DNA from: an uncultured Solirubrobacteraceae bacterium
Lineage (GTDB): Bacteria > Actinomycetota > Thermoleophilia > Solirubrobacterales > Solirubrobacteraceae
NCBI GenBank assembly: GCA_964588985.1
Contig: CAZPQW010000002.1
Span: 160,001 to 224,000, forward strand
Direction of reading: 5' to 3'
DNA: 64,000 nucleotides
Of this stretch, positions 8,993-19,570 are shown piece by piece. A program made the translations under genes and the position numbers. Numbering within the stretch: the first letter of the stretch is position 1; each line of letters starts with the position of its first letter. The notes beneath the pieces were generated by a model. That model saw nothing but the letters and a program-made list of their open reading frames with translations. It was not told the origin of the DNA and did no database searches.

Positions 8993-10864
8993 CTAAGCAG
9001 CAGCCTGCGACGCCCAGTCGCGATACAGCTCGTAATAGCGCCCCTCGGCCGCGATCAGCTCGTCGTGGGTGCCCTGCTCGGCGATCCTCCCGTGCTCGAG
9101 CACCACGATCCGGCCCGCCTGGCGGATGGTCGAGAGGCGGTGTGCGATCACGATCGACGTGCGTCCGGCGAGCAGGCGGCGCAGGCCCTGCTCGATGCGC
9201 GCCTCGGAGTGCAGGTCCACGTTCGAGGTCGCCTCGTCGAGCACGAGGATGCGCGGGTCGGCGATCAGCGCGCGCGCGAACGCGACCAGCTGGCGCTGCC
9301 CGGCGGACAGCTGCGAGCCGCGCTCGCCGACTTCGGTGTCGTAGCCGTGGGCGAGCTCGGAGATGAACTCCTCCGCGCCCACCGCGGCCGCCGCCGCGCG
9401 GATCTGGCTCTCGTCCGCGTCCGGTCGCCCGAACGCGATGTTCTCCGCGACGGTGCCGGAGAACAGGAACGCCTCCTGCGGCACGATCCCCATCTGCGAG
9501 CGAAGCGAGCTGCTCGCGACGTCACGCAGGTCGTGCCCGTCGACGAGCACCCGCCCCTCGGTGGGGTCGTAGAAGCGCGCCACGAGCTTCGCCATCGTCG
9601 ACTTGCCCGCGCCGGTGGCGCCCACCAGTGCAACCGTCTGCCCGGGCGGGATCGACAGGGTGACGTGGTCGAGCGCGAGCACCTGCTCGGCCTCCGGCTC
9701 CGGCGCCGCGCCGGGCTCAGCGACAGCGCGTTTGACCGGCCGGCGGGCGTAGGCGAAGGACACGTCCTCGAACTCGACCCCGCCGCGGATCCGCCCGAGC
9801 TCGAACGCGCCGTGGCGGTCCTCGAGGTCGGGGCGCACGTCGAGCAGCTGGAAGATCTTCTCCAGCGCCGCCATCCCCGACTGGTAGGTCGCATACAGCT
9901 GGGAGAGCTGCTGGATCGGGTCGAACAGGTTCGACAGCGCGGCCACGAACGCGACGACCGTGCCGACCGTGATGTGACCTTCGATCGCCTGCAGGCCGCC
10001 GTAGAGGACGATCATCGCGACCGCCACGCCGGAGAGCATTTCCACGGTCGGGAAGTACGCCGCGTTGAGTCGCACCGTCGTCATGTTCGCGTCGGAGTTG
10101 TCCTGGTTCAGCTCCGTGAAGCGCTCCACGTGATGGCGCTCCTGGGCGAAGGAGCGCACCACCCGGATGCCCGACAGCGTCTCCTGCAGGTAGGAGGTGA
10201 TCGCGCCGATCGTCTCACGGGTGCGCCGGAACGCGCCGGCGGAGACGATCCGGAACCACAGCGACCCGGCCACCACGAGCGGCAGCACCAGGAACGTCAG
10301 CAGCGCGAGCTTCACGTCGAGCACCAGCAGGATGCCCACGGTGCCGAGCAGCGTGAGCCCGGACTGGAACAGCGTCACCACCGAGTCCGTCACGAGGCTG
10401 TCGAGCGCCTCCACGTCGTTGGTCATGCGCGAGATCAGCACGCCCGCCGGGCGCGTGTCGTAGAAGCCGATCGGCAGCGTCTGCAGGTGGGTGAAGATGC
10501 GGATGCGCAGGTCGGCGAGCACGCGCTGGCCGACCCAGCCGACGAGGTAGGTCTGCACGTAGGTCATCGCCCACACGAGCACCGCCGCGACGAGGAACGC
10601 GGCCACCACGAGCGCGAGCGTGTTCGTGTCGTGCTTGCCGATGCCGTCGTCGATCGCGGCCTTCGCCAGCAGCGGCGGCGCGAGCGCCGCGCCGGTGCCG
10701 AGTATCAACGCGACGAGCGTCACGGTCGCGCGCGTGCGGTAGGGGCCGATCAGCCGCAGAAGGCCGCGCAGGTTGCGCCCGCGAGTGCCCTTGCTCGCGC
10801 GCTCGCCGGTCCATTCCGAGCCGGGGCCGCGCCCGCCGGGGCCTCTGTGGACGGCCGGGCTCAC
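8993..10864 (-). CDS. ABC exporter, fused TMD-NBD (heterodimer subunit 2)
   Basis: GATGAGKST, LSAGQRQL, LVLDEATS. Confidence 0.93.
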   Translation of the reverse strand: MSPAVHRGPGGRGPGSEWTGERASKGTRGRNLRGLLRLIGPYRTRATVTLVALILGTGAALAPPLLAKAAIDDGIGKHDTNTLALVVAAFLVAAVLVWAMTYVQTYLVGWVGQRVLADLRIRIFTHLQTLPIGFYDTRPAGVLISRMTNDVEALDSLVTDSVVTLFQSGLTLLGTVGILLVLDVKLALLTFLVLPLVVAGSLWFRIVSAGAFRRTRETIGAITSYLQETLSGIRVVRSFAQERHHVERFTELNQDNSDANMTTVRLNAAYFPTVEMLSGVAVAMIVLYGGLQAIEGHITVGTVVAFVAALSNLFDPIQQLSQLYATYQSGMAALEKIFQLLDVRPDLEDRHGAFELGRIRGGVEFEDVSFAYARRPVKRAVAEPGAAPEPEAEQVLALDHVTLSIPPGQTVALVGATGAGKSTMAKLVARFYDPTEGRVLVDGHDLRDVASSSLRSQMGIVPQEAFLFSGTVAENIAFGRPDADESQIRAAAAAVGAEEFISELAHGYDTEVGERGSQLSAGQRQLVAFARALIADPRILVLDEATSNVDLHSEARIEQGLRRLLAGRTSIVIAHRLSTIRQAGRIVVLEHGRIAEQGTHDELIAAEGRYYELYRDWASQAAA

Positions 10865-12756
10865 AGCCCGCTCACCTCACGTTCCAATGGAGCGCGTGTC
10901 ATGAACACCTGGTCGGGCAACCCCTTTTCGACGATTTCGCGATACAGCTCGGAGGCGTCGAGCAGTTCGTGGTGGTCGCCGTGCGCGACGATCCGCCCGT
11001 GGTCGAGCACCACGATCTCATCCGCCAGCGAGATCGTCGACAGGCGGTGGGCGATCACGAACGTCGTGCGGCCCGCCATCGCCTCGTCCAAAGCGAGCTT
11101 GATGTTCTGCTCGGTCGACGCGTCGACCGCGGAGGTCGCGTCGTCGAGGATCAGCACGCGCGGGTCGGCCAGCAGCGCGCGCGCGATCGCGATCCGCTGG
11201 CGCTGGCCACCCGACAGCGACAGTCCGCGCTCGCCGACGCGCGTGTCGAAGCCCTGCGGCAGATCCATCACGAAGTCGTAAGCCTGAGCGCGGCGCGCCG
11301 CGGCCTCGACCTCCTCGAAGCTAGCGGTGGGGCGGCCGTAGGCGATGTTCTCGGCGACCGACGCGGAGAACAGGAACGGGTCGTCGCTGACGATCGCCAC
11401 CGCTTCGCGCAGCGAGCTGAGGCTGACCGTGCGGATGTCCGCGCCGTCGAGCAGCACCCGCCCCTCGCTCGCTTCGTAGAGCCGCGAGATCAGGTACACG
11501 AGGCTCGTCTTGCCCGAGCCGGTGGCGCCCACGAGCGCCACGGTGCTGCCGGCGGCGATGTCGAGGTCGATGTCGCTGAGGACCGCCCGGACTGGTCGCG
11601 CCGCGCCGTTGCCGTTGGCTGTCTCGAGCGACAGCGTGTGCTCGCCCGGCGCGACGTAGGTGGCGCCGAAGTCGTCGTGGTCGTCGTAGCGGAGCGTCAC
11701 GCCGCGGAGCTCAACGTGACCGGTTCCGGGAGGCAGCGGCGGCGCGTCGGGCTCCTCGAGGATGCGCGGCTCGCGGTCGAGCACCTGGAAGATGCGCGCG
11801 CCGGACGCGGTCGCGCGCTGGGCGAGGCCGAGCAGCATCCCGAGCGAGCGCATCGGCCCGATCAGCAGGTTGAGGTAGAGGTAGAAGCTGGTGAACTGGG
11901 CGAGGGTGAGGTGGCTGTGGATCACGCTGCGACCGCCGATCAAGAGCACCGCCGCGAGCCCAAGCTGGGGCAGGAAGCCAATCATCGGGTTGTACTTCGC
12001 CTCCAGGCGCGTCGCGACCATCGCCTGGTCGAACACGCGCGAGACGCTGTGGCGGAAGCGCTCGAGCTGGCGCGGCTCGCGCGCGAAGGACTTCACCACG
12101 CGCACGCCCGAGATGTTCTCCTCGACGTCCGCCGTCAGCTCCGCGATCCGCTGCTGGACCTCCTGCACCGCGGGGCGCGCGCTGCGCCCGTAGCGCTGGG
12201 AGATGAACACCACGAACGGCACCGGCGCCATCGCGATCAGGCCCAGCCCAGGGTTGATGAGGATCATCGCGATACCGGCCAGCAGCAGCGTGAGGATCGA
12301 CTGCAGGATGAACACGAGCCCGTAGCCGAGGAAGAAGCGCACCGCCTGCAGGTCGACGGTCCCGCGCGACATCAGCTGTCCCGTCTGCTGGCGGTCGAAG
12401 AAGCTCAGCTCCAGGCGCTGGAAGTGGCCGTAGAGCAGGTTGCGCAGGTCGACTTCGATCGCCAGCGACATCCGCCCGGCGATCATCCGGCGTGTGTACG
12501 TGAGCGCCCAGCGCGCGAGCACCGCGCCCGCGATCACGAGCGCGAGCACCAGCAGCGTGTGGCGGTCGTGCGCGCGCAGCGCGAGCTGATGGCGTTCGGC
12601 GTGGGCGCCGCCCCGCTTGATGGCGGCTACGGCGAGACCGATCAGATACGGCATCAGCACGGTCATCACCATCGCGAGGCTCGCCAGCAGCCACGACGCG
12701 ATCAGCCCCCGCTTGTAGGGGCGCAGAAATCCCAGTAGTCGGTAGAAGGTACTCAT
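10861..12756 (-). CDS. ABC exporter, fused TMD-NBD (heterodimer subunit 1, degenerate Walker B)
   Basis: GATGSGKTS, LSGGQRQR, LILDDATS (Asp for catalytic Glu, typical of heterodimeric exporters). Confidence 0.93.
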   Translation of the reverse strand: MSTFYRLLGFLRPYKRGLIASWLLASLAMVMTVLMPYLIGLAVAAIKRGGAHAERHQLALRAHDRHTLLVLALVIAGAVLARWALTYTRRMIAGRMSLAIEVDLRNLLYGHFQRLELSFFDRQQTGQLMSRGTVDLQAVRFFLGYGLVFILQSILTLLLAGIAMILINPGLGLIAMAPVPFVVFISQRYGRSARPAVQEVQQRIAELTADVEENISGVRVVKSFAREPRQLERFRHSVSRVFDQAMVATRLEAKYNPMIGFLPQLGLAAVLLIGGRSVIHSHLTLAQFTSFYLYLNLLIGPMRSLGMLLGLAQRATASGARIFQVLDREPRILEEPDAPPLPPGTGHVELRGVTLRYDDHDDFGATYVAPGEHTLSLETANGNGAARPVRAVLSDIDLDIAAGSTVALVGATGSGKTSLVYLISRLYEASEGRVLLDGADIRTVSLSSLREAVAIVSDDPFLFSASVAENIAYGRPTASFEEVEAAARRAQAYDFVMDLPQGFDTRVGERGLSLSGGQRQRIAIARALLADPRVLILDDATSAVDASTEQNIKLALDEAMAGRTTFVIAHRLSTISLADEIVVLDHGRIVAHGDHHELLDASELYREIVEKGLPDQVFMTRAPLEREVSGL

Positions 12757-12826
12757 AGTTGTGCGATCAACGAGTATCGCAGCCCGGCGCGAACGTCACC
12801 GGACGCCGCGCGCTTAAGCTTGATCC

Positions 12827-13030
12827 GTGCCCGATCCAGCGAGCCCGACACCCCGTCGCACCGGTCCCGCCGGGCTGTGCGAAACGTGCGCGCACCTGCA
12901 GGAGGTCCGCAACACCCGCGGCTCGACCTTCTACCTGTGCCGGCGCTCACGCGAGGACCCCGCCTACCCGCGCTACCCGCGCCTGCCGGTGCTGGAGTGC
13001 CGCGGGCACGAGCTCAGACAGCTGCCGTGA
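12827..13030 (+). CDS. Small four-Cys protein, probable metal binder
   Basis: GLCETCAH...GSTFYLC...YPRYPRLPVLEC; coding-like codon usage. Confidence 0.7.
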   Translation: MPDPASPTPRRTGPAGLCETCAHLQEVRNTRGSTFYLCRRSREDPAYPRYPRLPVLECRGHELRQLP

Positions 13031-14582
13031 CCGCCGTCTCGGGCGGCGGCGCCGTGGGAGGCTGGCCCGAGGAGACGAAGTCGCGGCTGCGCACGAGCAC
13101 GAACGCTAGGACGCCGCCGACGATCGCCACCAGCGCGGCGATCGTCGCGATCGTCGTGAACGCTCCGGTGAACCCGACGCGGTAGGAGTGCACGAGGGCC
13201 GTGTGCGCCGCGGGGGAGAGCGAGCGCGCGAAGTGGGCGACTTCGCCGGACTCGAGGATCGTCGCGAGCTGTCCGTGCGCGGCGCTCGCGACTTCGCTCG
13301 CGTGGCCGCTGAGAGCCAGCGTGGCGTGGGTGCCCTTGGTGACGCTGTGCTGGAAGATCGCGCCGAGGCCCGCGATCCCGGTGGCGATGCCGACCTGGCG
13401 GAACGTGGAGTTGATCCCGGAGGCCATGCCGCTGCGCTCGTGCGGCACCACGCCGATCGCGGTCGAGGCGAGCGGCGGGTTGATCATGCCGATGCCCGCG
13501 CCGCCGAGCAGGAAGCCGGGGATCAGCACGGTCCAGCTCGAGCTGGCGCTGACGACGGTCATCGCCAGCAGGCCAACCCCCGCGAGCAGGAGGCCCGAGC
13601 CGAGCAGCAGGCGCACGGGGACGCGCACGCTCAGCTTGCCCGCGACAGGGGCGACCGCGAAGGACAGCAGCGTCACCGGCAGGAAGCGCAGGCCGGCCTG
13701 CAGCGGGCTGAAGCCGAGCACGTCCTGGATGTAGAGCGTCAGGTACAGGAACATCGCGAAGAACGACGCGGAGATCGCGAACGCGACGATGTTCGCGCCG
13801 GCGAACGCGGGGCGGCGGAACAGCGCGAGGTCGAGCATCGGGCGCTTCTGCAGGTGCTCGAACAGCACAAACGCCACCAGCAGCACCGCGGAGATGGCCA
13901 GCAGGGCGACGATCTCGGTCGAGCCCCAGCCCTTTTCGTTGCCCTGCACGAGCGCCAGCACGAGTAGGAACAGCGACGCGGAGAACGTCACCAGGCCCGC
14001 CCAGTCGACGCCCGTGGCGTTCGGGTCGCGCGAGTCGGCGACCTTGGTGAGCGTGACGAACACCGCGACCGCGCCGATCGGCACGTTTACGAAGAAGATC
14101 CACTGCCAGCCGATGCCCGACGTGATGACACCGCCGAGCACAGGCCCGACGGCGACAGCCGCGCCGGTGACGGCGCCGAACACGCCGAACGCGGTCCCGC
14201 GCTCCTTGCCGTGGAACGCCGCCGCGAGCAGCGCGAGCGAGGTGGCGAACATCATCGCGCCGCCGGTCCCCTGCACCGCGCGCGCGAGGTTCAGCATCAG
14301 CGGCGACGTGGACAGGCCGCACAGCGCCGAGGCGGCGGTGAACACGACCAGGCCGGCGACGAACACGCGCTTGCGCCCGATCAGGTCCGAGACCGAGCCG
14401 GCCGTCAGCAGGAACGCCGCGAGCGTCAGCGAGTAGGCGTTCACGACCCACTGCAGGTCGGAGAAGGAGGAGTGCAGCGAGCGCTGGATGTCGGGCAGCG
14501 CGACGTTCACCACGGTGATGTCCAGCAGCAGCATGAAGATCGCGACGCAGACCGCGATCAGGGTCCACCATTTGTGCTCCAA
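13014..14582 (-). CDS. MFS drug:H+ antiporter (DHA2, 14 TM)
   Basis: LDITVVNVALPDI, GSVSDLIGRKR, FFVNVPIG; TTG start after GGAGG. Confidence 0.92.
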   Translation of the reverse strand: MEHKWWTLIAVCVAIFMLLLDITVVNVALPDIQRSLHSSFSDLQWVVNAYSLTLAAFLLTAGSVSDLIGRKRVFVAGLVVFTAASALCGLSTSPLMLNLARAVQGTGGAMMFATSLALLAAAFHGKERGTAFGVFGAVTGAAVAVGPVLGGVITSGIGWQWIFFVNVPIGAVAVFVTLTKVADSRDPNATGVDWAGLVTFSASLFLLVLALVQGNEKGWGSTEIVALLAISAVLLVAFVLFEHLQKRPMLDLALFRRPAFAGANIVAFAISASFFAMFLYLTLYIQDVLGFSPLQAGLRFLPVTLLSFAVAPVAGKLSVRVPVRLLLGSGLLLAGVGLLAMTVVSASSSWTVLIPGFLLGGAGIGMINPPLASTAIGVVPHERSGMASGINSTFRQVGIATGIAGLGAIFQHSVTKGTHATLALSGHASEVASAAHGQLATILESGEVAHFARSLSPAAHTALVHSYRVGFTGAFTTIATIAALVAIVGGVLAFVLVRSRDFVSSGQPPTAPPPETAVTAAV

Positions 14583-14584
14583 GG

Positions 14585-15403
14585 TCAGTCCCCTCCCAGG
14601 TGGCGCGCGAAGAACGGGACGATCTCCTGCCACAGCTTCGCCGCGGGGCCGGGACGGTAGGTGGGGCGGTGGTCGGCGATGAACGCGTGGCCCGCGCCCT
14701 CGTACAGGTCCACCTGCACCTCCCAGCCGCTTTCCGTCGCCCGCTCGCGCAGCTGCTCGCCGAGCTCGGGCGAGGGGTTGTGGTCCTCCGCGCCGACCGC
14801 CGCGAGCAGTGGGCAGGTGAGCTTCGGCGCGAGGTCGAGCGGCGGAGTGGGGCGCTCGGGGGTGGAGCGCTCCTCGATCGTCGCTTTGTCGATGAACCCG
14901 CCCCAGCAGTCGACGGCCGCGTCGAGGCGGTCGCTCGCGCCCGCGAACAGCAGCGTGTAGCGCCCGCCCATGCAGAAGCCGATGCAGCCGACCCTGCCGG
15001 TGGCGTCCTCCCGGGCGCGCAGGAAGTCCGCCGCGCCCTCGAGGTCGCCGAGCACGCGCTCGTCGGGGATCGAGAACAGCCGCTCCATGATCGCCTGCAT
15101 GTCGCCGATCGGCGGCGCGCTGCCTTCGCGTGTGTAGAGGTCGACGCCGAGCGCGACGTAGCCGAGGTTGGCGAAGCGGTTGGTCATGTCGCGGATGTGC
15201 TCGCCGAGACCGCCCGCCTCGTGGATCACGATCACCGCCGCGCGCTTGTCGCCGGGCTCGAGATCTGAGGGTAACGCGAGGTACCCGTTGATGGGCGTCC
15301 CGCCCGAGCCGGGGAACGTGAGGTCCTCGGCCACGACGCGCGAGGGGTCCGTCACCGCGCCGGGTACGCCCTCGGGGCTCGCCTTGACATCCGCGTTCGT
15401 CAT
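14585..15403 (-). CDS. Dienelactone hydrolase family protein
   Basis: VIVIHE, GFCMGG nucleophile elbow, YEGAGHAF. Confidence 0.9.
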   Translation of the reverse strand: MTNADVKASPEGVPGAVTDPSRVVAEDLTFPGSGGTPINGYLALPSDLEPGDKRAAVIVIHEAGGLGEHIRDMTNRFANLGYVALGVDLYTREGSAPPIGDMQAIMERLFSIPDERVLGDLEGAADFLRAREDATGRVGCIGFCMGGRYTLLFAGASDRLDAAVDCWGGFIDKATIEERSTPERPTPPLDLAPKLTCPLLAAVGAEDHNPSPELGEQLRERATESGWEVQVDLYEGAGHAFIADHRPTYRPGPAAKLWQEIVPFFARHLGGD

Positions 15404-15425
15404 CTGTCTCCTACCTTCGCATCTT

Positions 15426-16262
15426 TCACAGGATCGCCTTGGGGTACGCGCGCGTGGCCGCCACGAGCATCGCCGCAAAGAAGCCGATCACGACGAGGAA
15501 GTCGAGCCACACCTCGCCCGACCCGCCGACGCCGACGAGCATCTGGCGCAGCCCCTGGACCTCGTACGTGAGCGGGTTCACGCGTGCGACCACGTGCAGC
15601 CAGCCGGGCATCAGGCTCAGCGGATAGAGCGCGCTGGAGGCGAAGAACAGCGGCATCATGATCAGCTGCCCGATGCCCATGAAGCGCTCGCGCTCCTTCA
15701 CCGCGGCGGCGAGCAGCATCGACATGCACGCGAACGCGGCCGTGCCGAGCATCAGCATCGCGAGCGTCCCGAGGATCCCGCCGACGTTCCAGCGCACGCC
15801 GATCCCGGCGACCGCGAGCACGACGAGCAGCAGCAGCGCCTGCACGAGCGCACGCACGCACGCGCCGGCTGCCTTGCCGAGCACGATCGAGCTGCGCGAC
15901 AGGGGGGTGGCGAGCAGCCGCTGGAGCTGGCCGACATCGCGCTCCCAGATCACCGACAGGCCGTAGAAGATCGCGATGAACATCGCCGCCTGCGCCATCA
16001 CGCCGGGGGCGAGGTAGGCGCGGTAGTCGGAGGTGCCAGCCGTGAGCGCGCTGTTGTGCTGCAGCGCGGTGCCGAAGATGAACAGCCACAAAAGCGGCTG
16101 CACCGAGCGGGTGACGATGTCGAGGTGGTCGTGGCGGAGCTTTCGCATCTCCGCCTGCGCCATCGCGAGGGTGCCCTCGACCATCCGCGAGACGGGGCCC
16201 TGGACGAGCGCCTGCGGGCGCTCAACCGAGACGGCGGGCGACGCTGCGCTGGGCGCGGACAT
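15426..16262 (-). CDS. ABC-2 type permease (DrrB-like)
   Basis: QPLLWLFIFG, YLAPG, NPLTY. Confidence 0.9.
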   Translation of the reverse strand: MSAPSAASPAVSVERPQALVQGPVSRMVEGTLAMAQAEMRKLRHDHLDIVTRSVQPLLWLFIFGTALQHNSALTAGTSDYRAYLAPGVMAQAAMFIAIFYGLSVIWERDVGQLQRLLATPLSRSSIVLGKAAGACVRALVQALLLLVVLAVAGIGVRWNVGGILGTLAMLMLGTAAFACMSMLLAAAVKERERFMGIGQLIMMPLFFASSALYPLSLMPGWLHVVARVNPLTYEVQGLRQMLVGVGGSGEVWLDFLVVIGFFAAMLVAATRAYPKAIL

Positions 16263-17034
16263 CGGCGAGCCTCCCTTCCTCGTCGTCCTCGTGCTCTGCG
16301 ATCGGCCGGCCGGTGACGGCGCTGAAGACGTCTTCGAGGCTGTCCGCGCCGTGGCGCTCGAGCAGCTCGGCGGGCTCGCCCTGCTCGACCAGCCGTCCGC
16401 GGTCGATCACCGCGAGGCGGTCGCAGTGGCGCTCGGCCTCCTCCATCAGGTGGGTGGTGACGAGGATCGTGGTTCCGGCCTGCTCGCGCAGCGCTCCGAG
16501 GCGCTCCCACACCATCGTGCGCGCGTTCGGGTCCAGGCCCACGGTTGGCTCGTCGAGGAACAGCACCTTCGGGCGGTTGAGCAGGGCGCTGGCGATCTCC
16601 AGGCGGCGCAGCATCCCGCCGGAGAGCGTGCGCGCGAGACGCTCGAGCATCGGCTCCAGCTCCATCGTCTCGACGACCTCCGCGATCCGCTCGCGCCGCG
16701 CGCGGCGCGGCACGCCGCTCACTCGCCCGTAGAAGTCGAGGTTCTCATACGCGGTGAGCGCGCCGTCGACGGAGATCGCCTGCGGGATGTAGCCGATCGA
16801 CGCGCGCACCGCGAGGGAGTCGCGGCTGACGTCATAGCCGGCGACGAGCGCGCGCCCCTCGCTCGGCGCGAGCAGCGTCGTGAGCACGCGGATCGTGGTG
16901 GTCTTGCCCGCGCCGTTGGGACCGAGTAGGCCAAACACCTCGCCGGGGGCGACCGCGAAGGAGACGCCGCCGACGGCTTCGAGGTCGTCGAAGCGCACGA
17001 CGAGGCCGTCGACGAGAACCGCGGGGGAGCTCAC
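16222..17034 (-). CDS. ABC ATP-binding protein (DrrA-like)
   Basis: GPNGAGKTT, LSGGMLRR, LFLDEPTVGLDP; GTG start overlaps the merR stop. Confidence 0.92.
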   Translation of the reverse strand: MSSPAVLVDGLVVRFDDLEAVGGVSFAVAPGEVFGLLGPNGAGKTTTIRVLTTLLAPSEGRALVAGYDVSRDSLAVRASIGYIPQAISVDGALTAYENLDFYGRVSGVPRRARRERIAEVVETMELEPMLERLARTLSGGMLRRLEIASALLNRPKVLFLDEPTVGLDPNARTMVWERLGALREQAGTTILVTTHLMEEAERHCDRLAVIDRGRLVEQGEPAELLERHGADSLEDVFSAVTGRPIAEHEDDEEGRLADVRAQRSVARRLG

Positions 17035-17507
17035 GCCTGCCCGCTGAGCTCGAGGGAGGCTTCGCGCAGCTTTCGCTTCACCCGCTTGCGCGTGTCGCAC
17101 AGCTCCTGCTCCAGCTTCGCCAGCTCCGAGGCGCGGTGGCGGACGAGCTCGAGCTGGCGGTCGATGTGGCCGAGCGCCTCGCCGAGCAGCTCGCGGCGGC
17201 GCGGAGCGTCGACGTCGTCGCGCCTGAGCTGCGCACGCACCTCCGCGCGCGCCTCCTCAGCGGTGAGCAGCGTCTTCAGCTCCTCCAGGGTGACGCCGAG
17301 CAGGTGCTTCAAGCGCATCACCTCGCGCAGCCGCTCGACCTCCTCCTGCGTGTAGATGCGGTGCTGGCCGGAGGGGCGCGCGGACGCCTCGGGGAGCAGT
17401 CCGATCTCCTCGTAGTAGCGGATCGTGCGCGGCGTGGTGCCCGCGAGTCGGGCGACGTCGCCGATGCGCAGGCCCTCGCGAGGGGCGGGTGGGGTGGGGG
17501 GGCTCAT
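17031..17507 (-). CDS. MerR family regulator
   Basis: LRIGDVARLAGTTPRTIRYYEEIGLL (3' part of track ORF 17031..18941). Confidence 0.9.
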   Translation of the reverse strand: MSPPTPPAPREGLRIGDVARLAGTTPRTIRYYEEIGLLPEASARPSGQHRIYTQEEVERLREVMRLKHLLGVTLEELKTLLTAEEARAEVRAQLRRDDVDAPRRRELLGEALGHIDRQLELVRHRASELAKLEQELCDTRKRVKRKLREASLELSGQA

Positions 17508-19027
17508 CGCGTCGGCGCGGGGAGCGCGACCCCGTCCTCCGAGCCGGACTGCACATGGGAGGGACGCAGCAGGCAGACGAACACGCCCACGAACGAGACC
17601 GCGGCGAGCACCCACAGCGCGGCGTGCATGTTGGCGATGAACGGCGCTAGCTTCGCCGCGGAGAGGCCCTTGGTGACGCCTGAGAAGATCGCGAACAGCG
17701 TCGCTTTGGGGATGGCGGAGGTGACGACCGCCATCACGAACGCGATCGACAGGACCGCGCCGGTGTTCTGCAGCAGCGTGCGCGCGCCGGCCGCGATCCC
17801 GCGCCGGTGCGCGGGCACGACGCCCATCATGGCGGCGGTGTTGGGGCTGTTGAACATCCCCGAGCCGGCCCCAACGAAGAGGAGCCACAGGGCGCTCTGC
17901 CAGTAGGCGGTGTGGACCTGCAGCGTCGTCATCGCGGCGAGGCCGACGGCGCTGACCAGCATGCCGATCGCGGCGAGCGCGCGCGAGCCGTGGCGGTCGG
18001 CGTAGATGCCCGCGATCGGGGAGGCGACGAGCATTCCGAGCGCGAGCGGGATCAGCTTGATGCCGGCCGTGATCGGGGTGTTGCCCTGGGCGCCCTGGTA
18101 GTAGAAGACGAACAGGAACATCAGCGCGAAGCGGGCGAGGCCGTTGATGAACGCGGCGGCGCTGGCGGCGGCGAACAGGCGGTTGCGGAACAGCCCGAGG
18201 TCGAGCATCGGCGCGCGCGAGCGGCGCTCGATGAGCACCCACAGCGGCAGCAGCACGGCGGCCGCTGTGAGCCCGACGATCACGATCGTGTCGTTCCAGC
18301 CGCTGAGCCCGCCGCGCGAAACGCCGAGCACGAGGCCCGTGAGGCCGATCACGAACGTGGTCGTGCCGAGCACGTCGTAGCCGCGCACGGAGTCCGGTTT
18401 GGCGAGCTCGCGCAGGATCAGCGCGCCCCACGCGGCGCCCGCGAGCGCGAACGGCACGTTGAACCAGAACACCCAGTGCCACGAGATCGCCACGAGCGCG
18501 CCGCCGAGCACCGGGCCGAGCACGAGCCCGACCGCCGCGACCATCGTGTTCGCGCCCATCGCCAGGCCCAGCTGCTCGTGCGGGAAGGCGTCGGTGACGA
18601 GCGCCGCGGCGTTCGCGAACAGGAACGCCGAGCCGATGCCCTGCAGGACCCGCCACACGATCAGCACCGTCGCGTCGCCCGAGAAGCCCGCGCCGAGCGA
18701 CGCGAGCGCGAACGCCACGAAACCGCCCACGTAGGCGCGCTTGCGCCCGAACAGGTCGCTCAGGCGACCGGCCATCAGCACGAGCACGGTCGCGGCTATG
18801 AGGTAGGCGAGGATCACCCACACGAGCGCTAGCAGGCTCGCGTGCAGCGAGCGCTCGAGGTCGGGCAGCGCGATGATCAGCGTGCCCGAGTTGGTGGCCG
18901 CGAGCAGCATCCCCAGACTCGTGCAGGAGAGCGCCCACCACTTGTAGTTCTCATGCCCCGCGGCAACACCGAAACGCGACCCGAGATCTCTATCAGAGGT
19001 CTTTGGACGCTGTGCTGTGACGCTCAT
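17504..19027 (-). CDS. MFS drug:H+ antiporter (DHA2-like)
   Basis: GRLSDLFGRKR, FWFNVPF, about 14 hydrophobic segments. Confidence 0.9.
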   Translation of the reverse strand: MSVTAQRPKTSDRDLGSRFGVAAGHENYKWWALSCTSLGMLLAATNSGTLIIALPDLERSLHASLLALVWVILAYLIAATVLVLMAGRLSDLFGRKRAYVGGFVAFALASLGAGFSGDATVLIVWRVLQGIGSAFLFANAAALVTDAFPHEQLGLAMGANTMVAAVGLVLGPVLGGALVAISWHWVFWFNVPFALAGAAWGALILRELAKPDSVRGYDVLGTTTFVIGLTGLVLGVSRGGLSGWNDTIVIVGLTAAAVLLPLWVLIERRSRAPMLDLGLFRNRLFAAASAAAFINGLARFALMFLFVFYYQGAQGNTPITAGIKLIPLALGMLVASPIAGIYADRHGSRALAAIGMLVSAVGLAAMTTLQVHTAYWQSALWLLFVGAGSGMFNSPNTAAMMGVVPAHRRGIAAGARTLLQNTGAVLSIAFVMAVVTSAIPKATLFAIFSGVTKGLSAAKLAPFIANMHAALWVLAAVSFVGVFVCLLRPSHVQSGSEDGVALPAPTR

Positions 19028-19058
19028 CTCGGTGCTCCCACGGTGCGTTGTGTAAAAA

Positions 19059-19074
19059 CTGACGTGAACGTAAG
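19059..19074. promoter_or_regulatory. Candidate operator for the MFS-merR-ABC operon
   Basis: Imperfect inverted repeat CTGACGT-GA-ACGTAAG in AT-rich DNA just upstream of the operon. Confidence 0.45.
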
Positions 19075-19137
19075 GATTAAGATGTTAGCACGGGTCGGTG
19101 GGCGCTCCGGCGGGCGCGGAGTGCTAAAACGTGCGTC

Positions 19138-19557
19138 ATGTCCTCAGACGGGCCGAACGTCGTGAAGTCCGACAGCGAGTGGCGCGAGCAGCTCACGCCG
19201 GAGCAGTACGAGGTGCTGCGCAAGGCCGGCACCGAGGCGCCGTTCACGGGCGAGTACGTCTACAACAAGGACTCCGGCGACTACCGCTGCGCGGCCTGCG
19301 ACGCGGTGCTGTTCACGGCTGAGACGAAGTTCGACTCCGGCACTGGCTGGCCGAGCTTCACCGAGCCGGCGGTCGCCGAAGCGGTCGAGCTGCGCCCCGA
19401 CAACAGCCTGTTCATGCGCCGCACCGAGGTCGTGTGCCGCAACTGCGGCGGGCACCTCGGCCACGTCTTCGACGACGGGCCCGGCCCGACCGGACAGCGC
19501 TACTGCATCAACTCCGCCGCGCTGGCGTTCCAGCCCGCGGACGGCTCCTCCGAGTAG
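19138..19557 (+). CDS. msrB: Peptide methionine (R)-sulfoxide reductase
   Basis: GTEAPFTG, two CxxC, GTGWPSF, GHLGHVF, RYCINS. Confidence 0.96.
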   Translation: MSSDGPNVVKSDSEWREQLTPEQYEVLRKAGTEAPFTGEYVYNKDSGDYRCAACDAVLFTAETKFDSGTGWPSFTEPAVAEAVELRPDNSLFMRRTEVVCRNCGGHLGHVFDDGPGPTGQRYCINSAALAFQPADGSSE

Positions 19558-19570
19558 CCTTCACGCTCCG

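Noticed and set aside
9065-12738. Long alternative-frame ORFs (e.g. 9065..11281, 10969..12738, 24479..26686, 47830..49977, 60428..62371)
   Set aside because: Arg/Ala/Gly/His-rich shadow frames of real genes, expected in high-GC DNA, with no family motifs.
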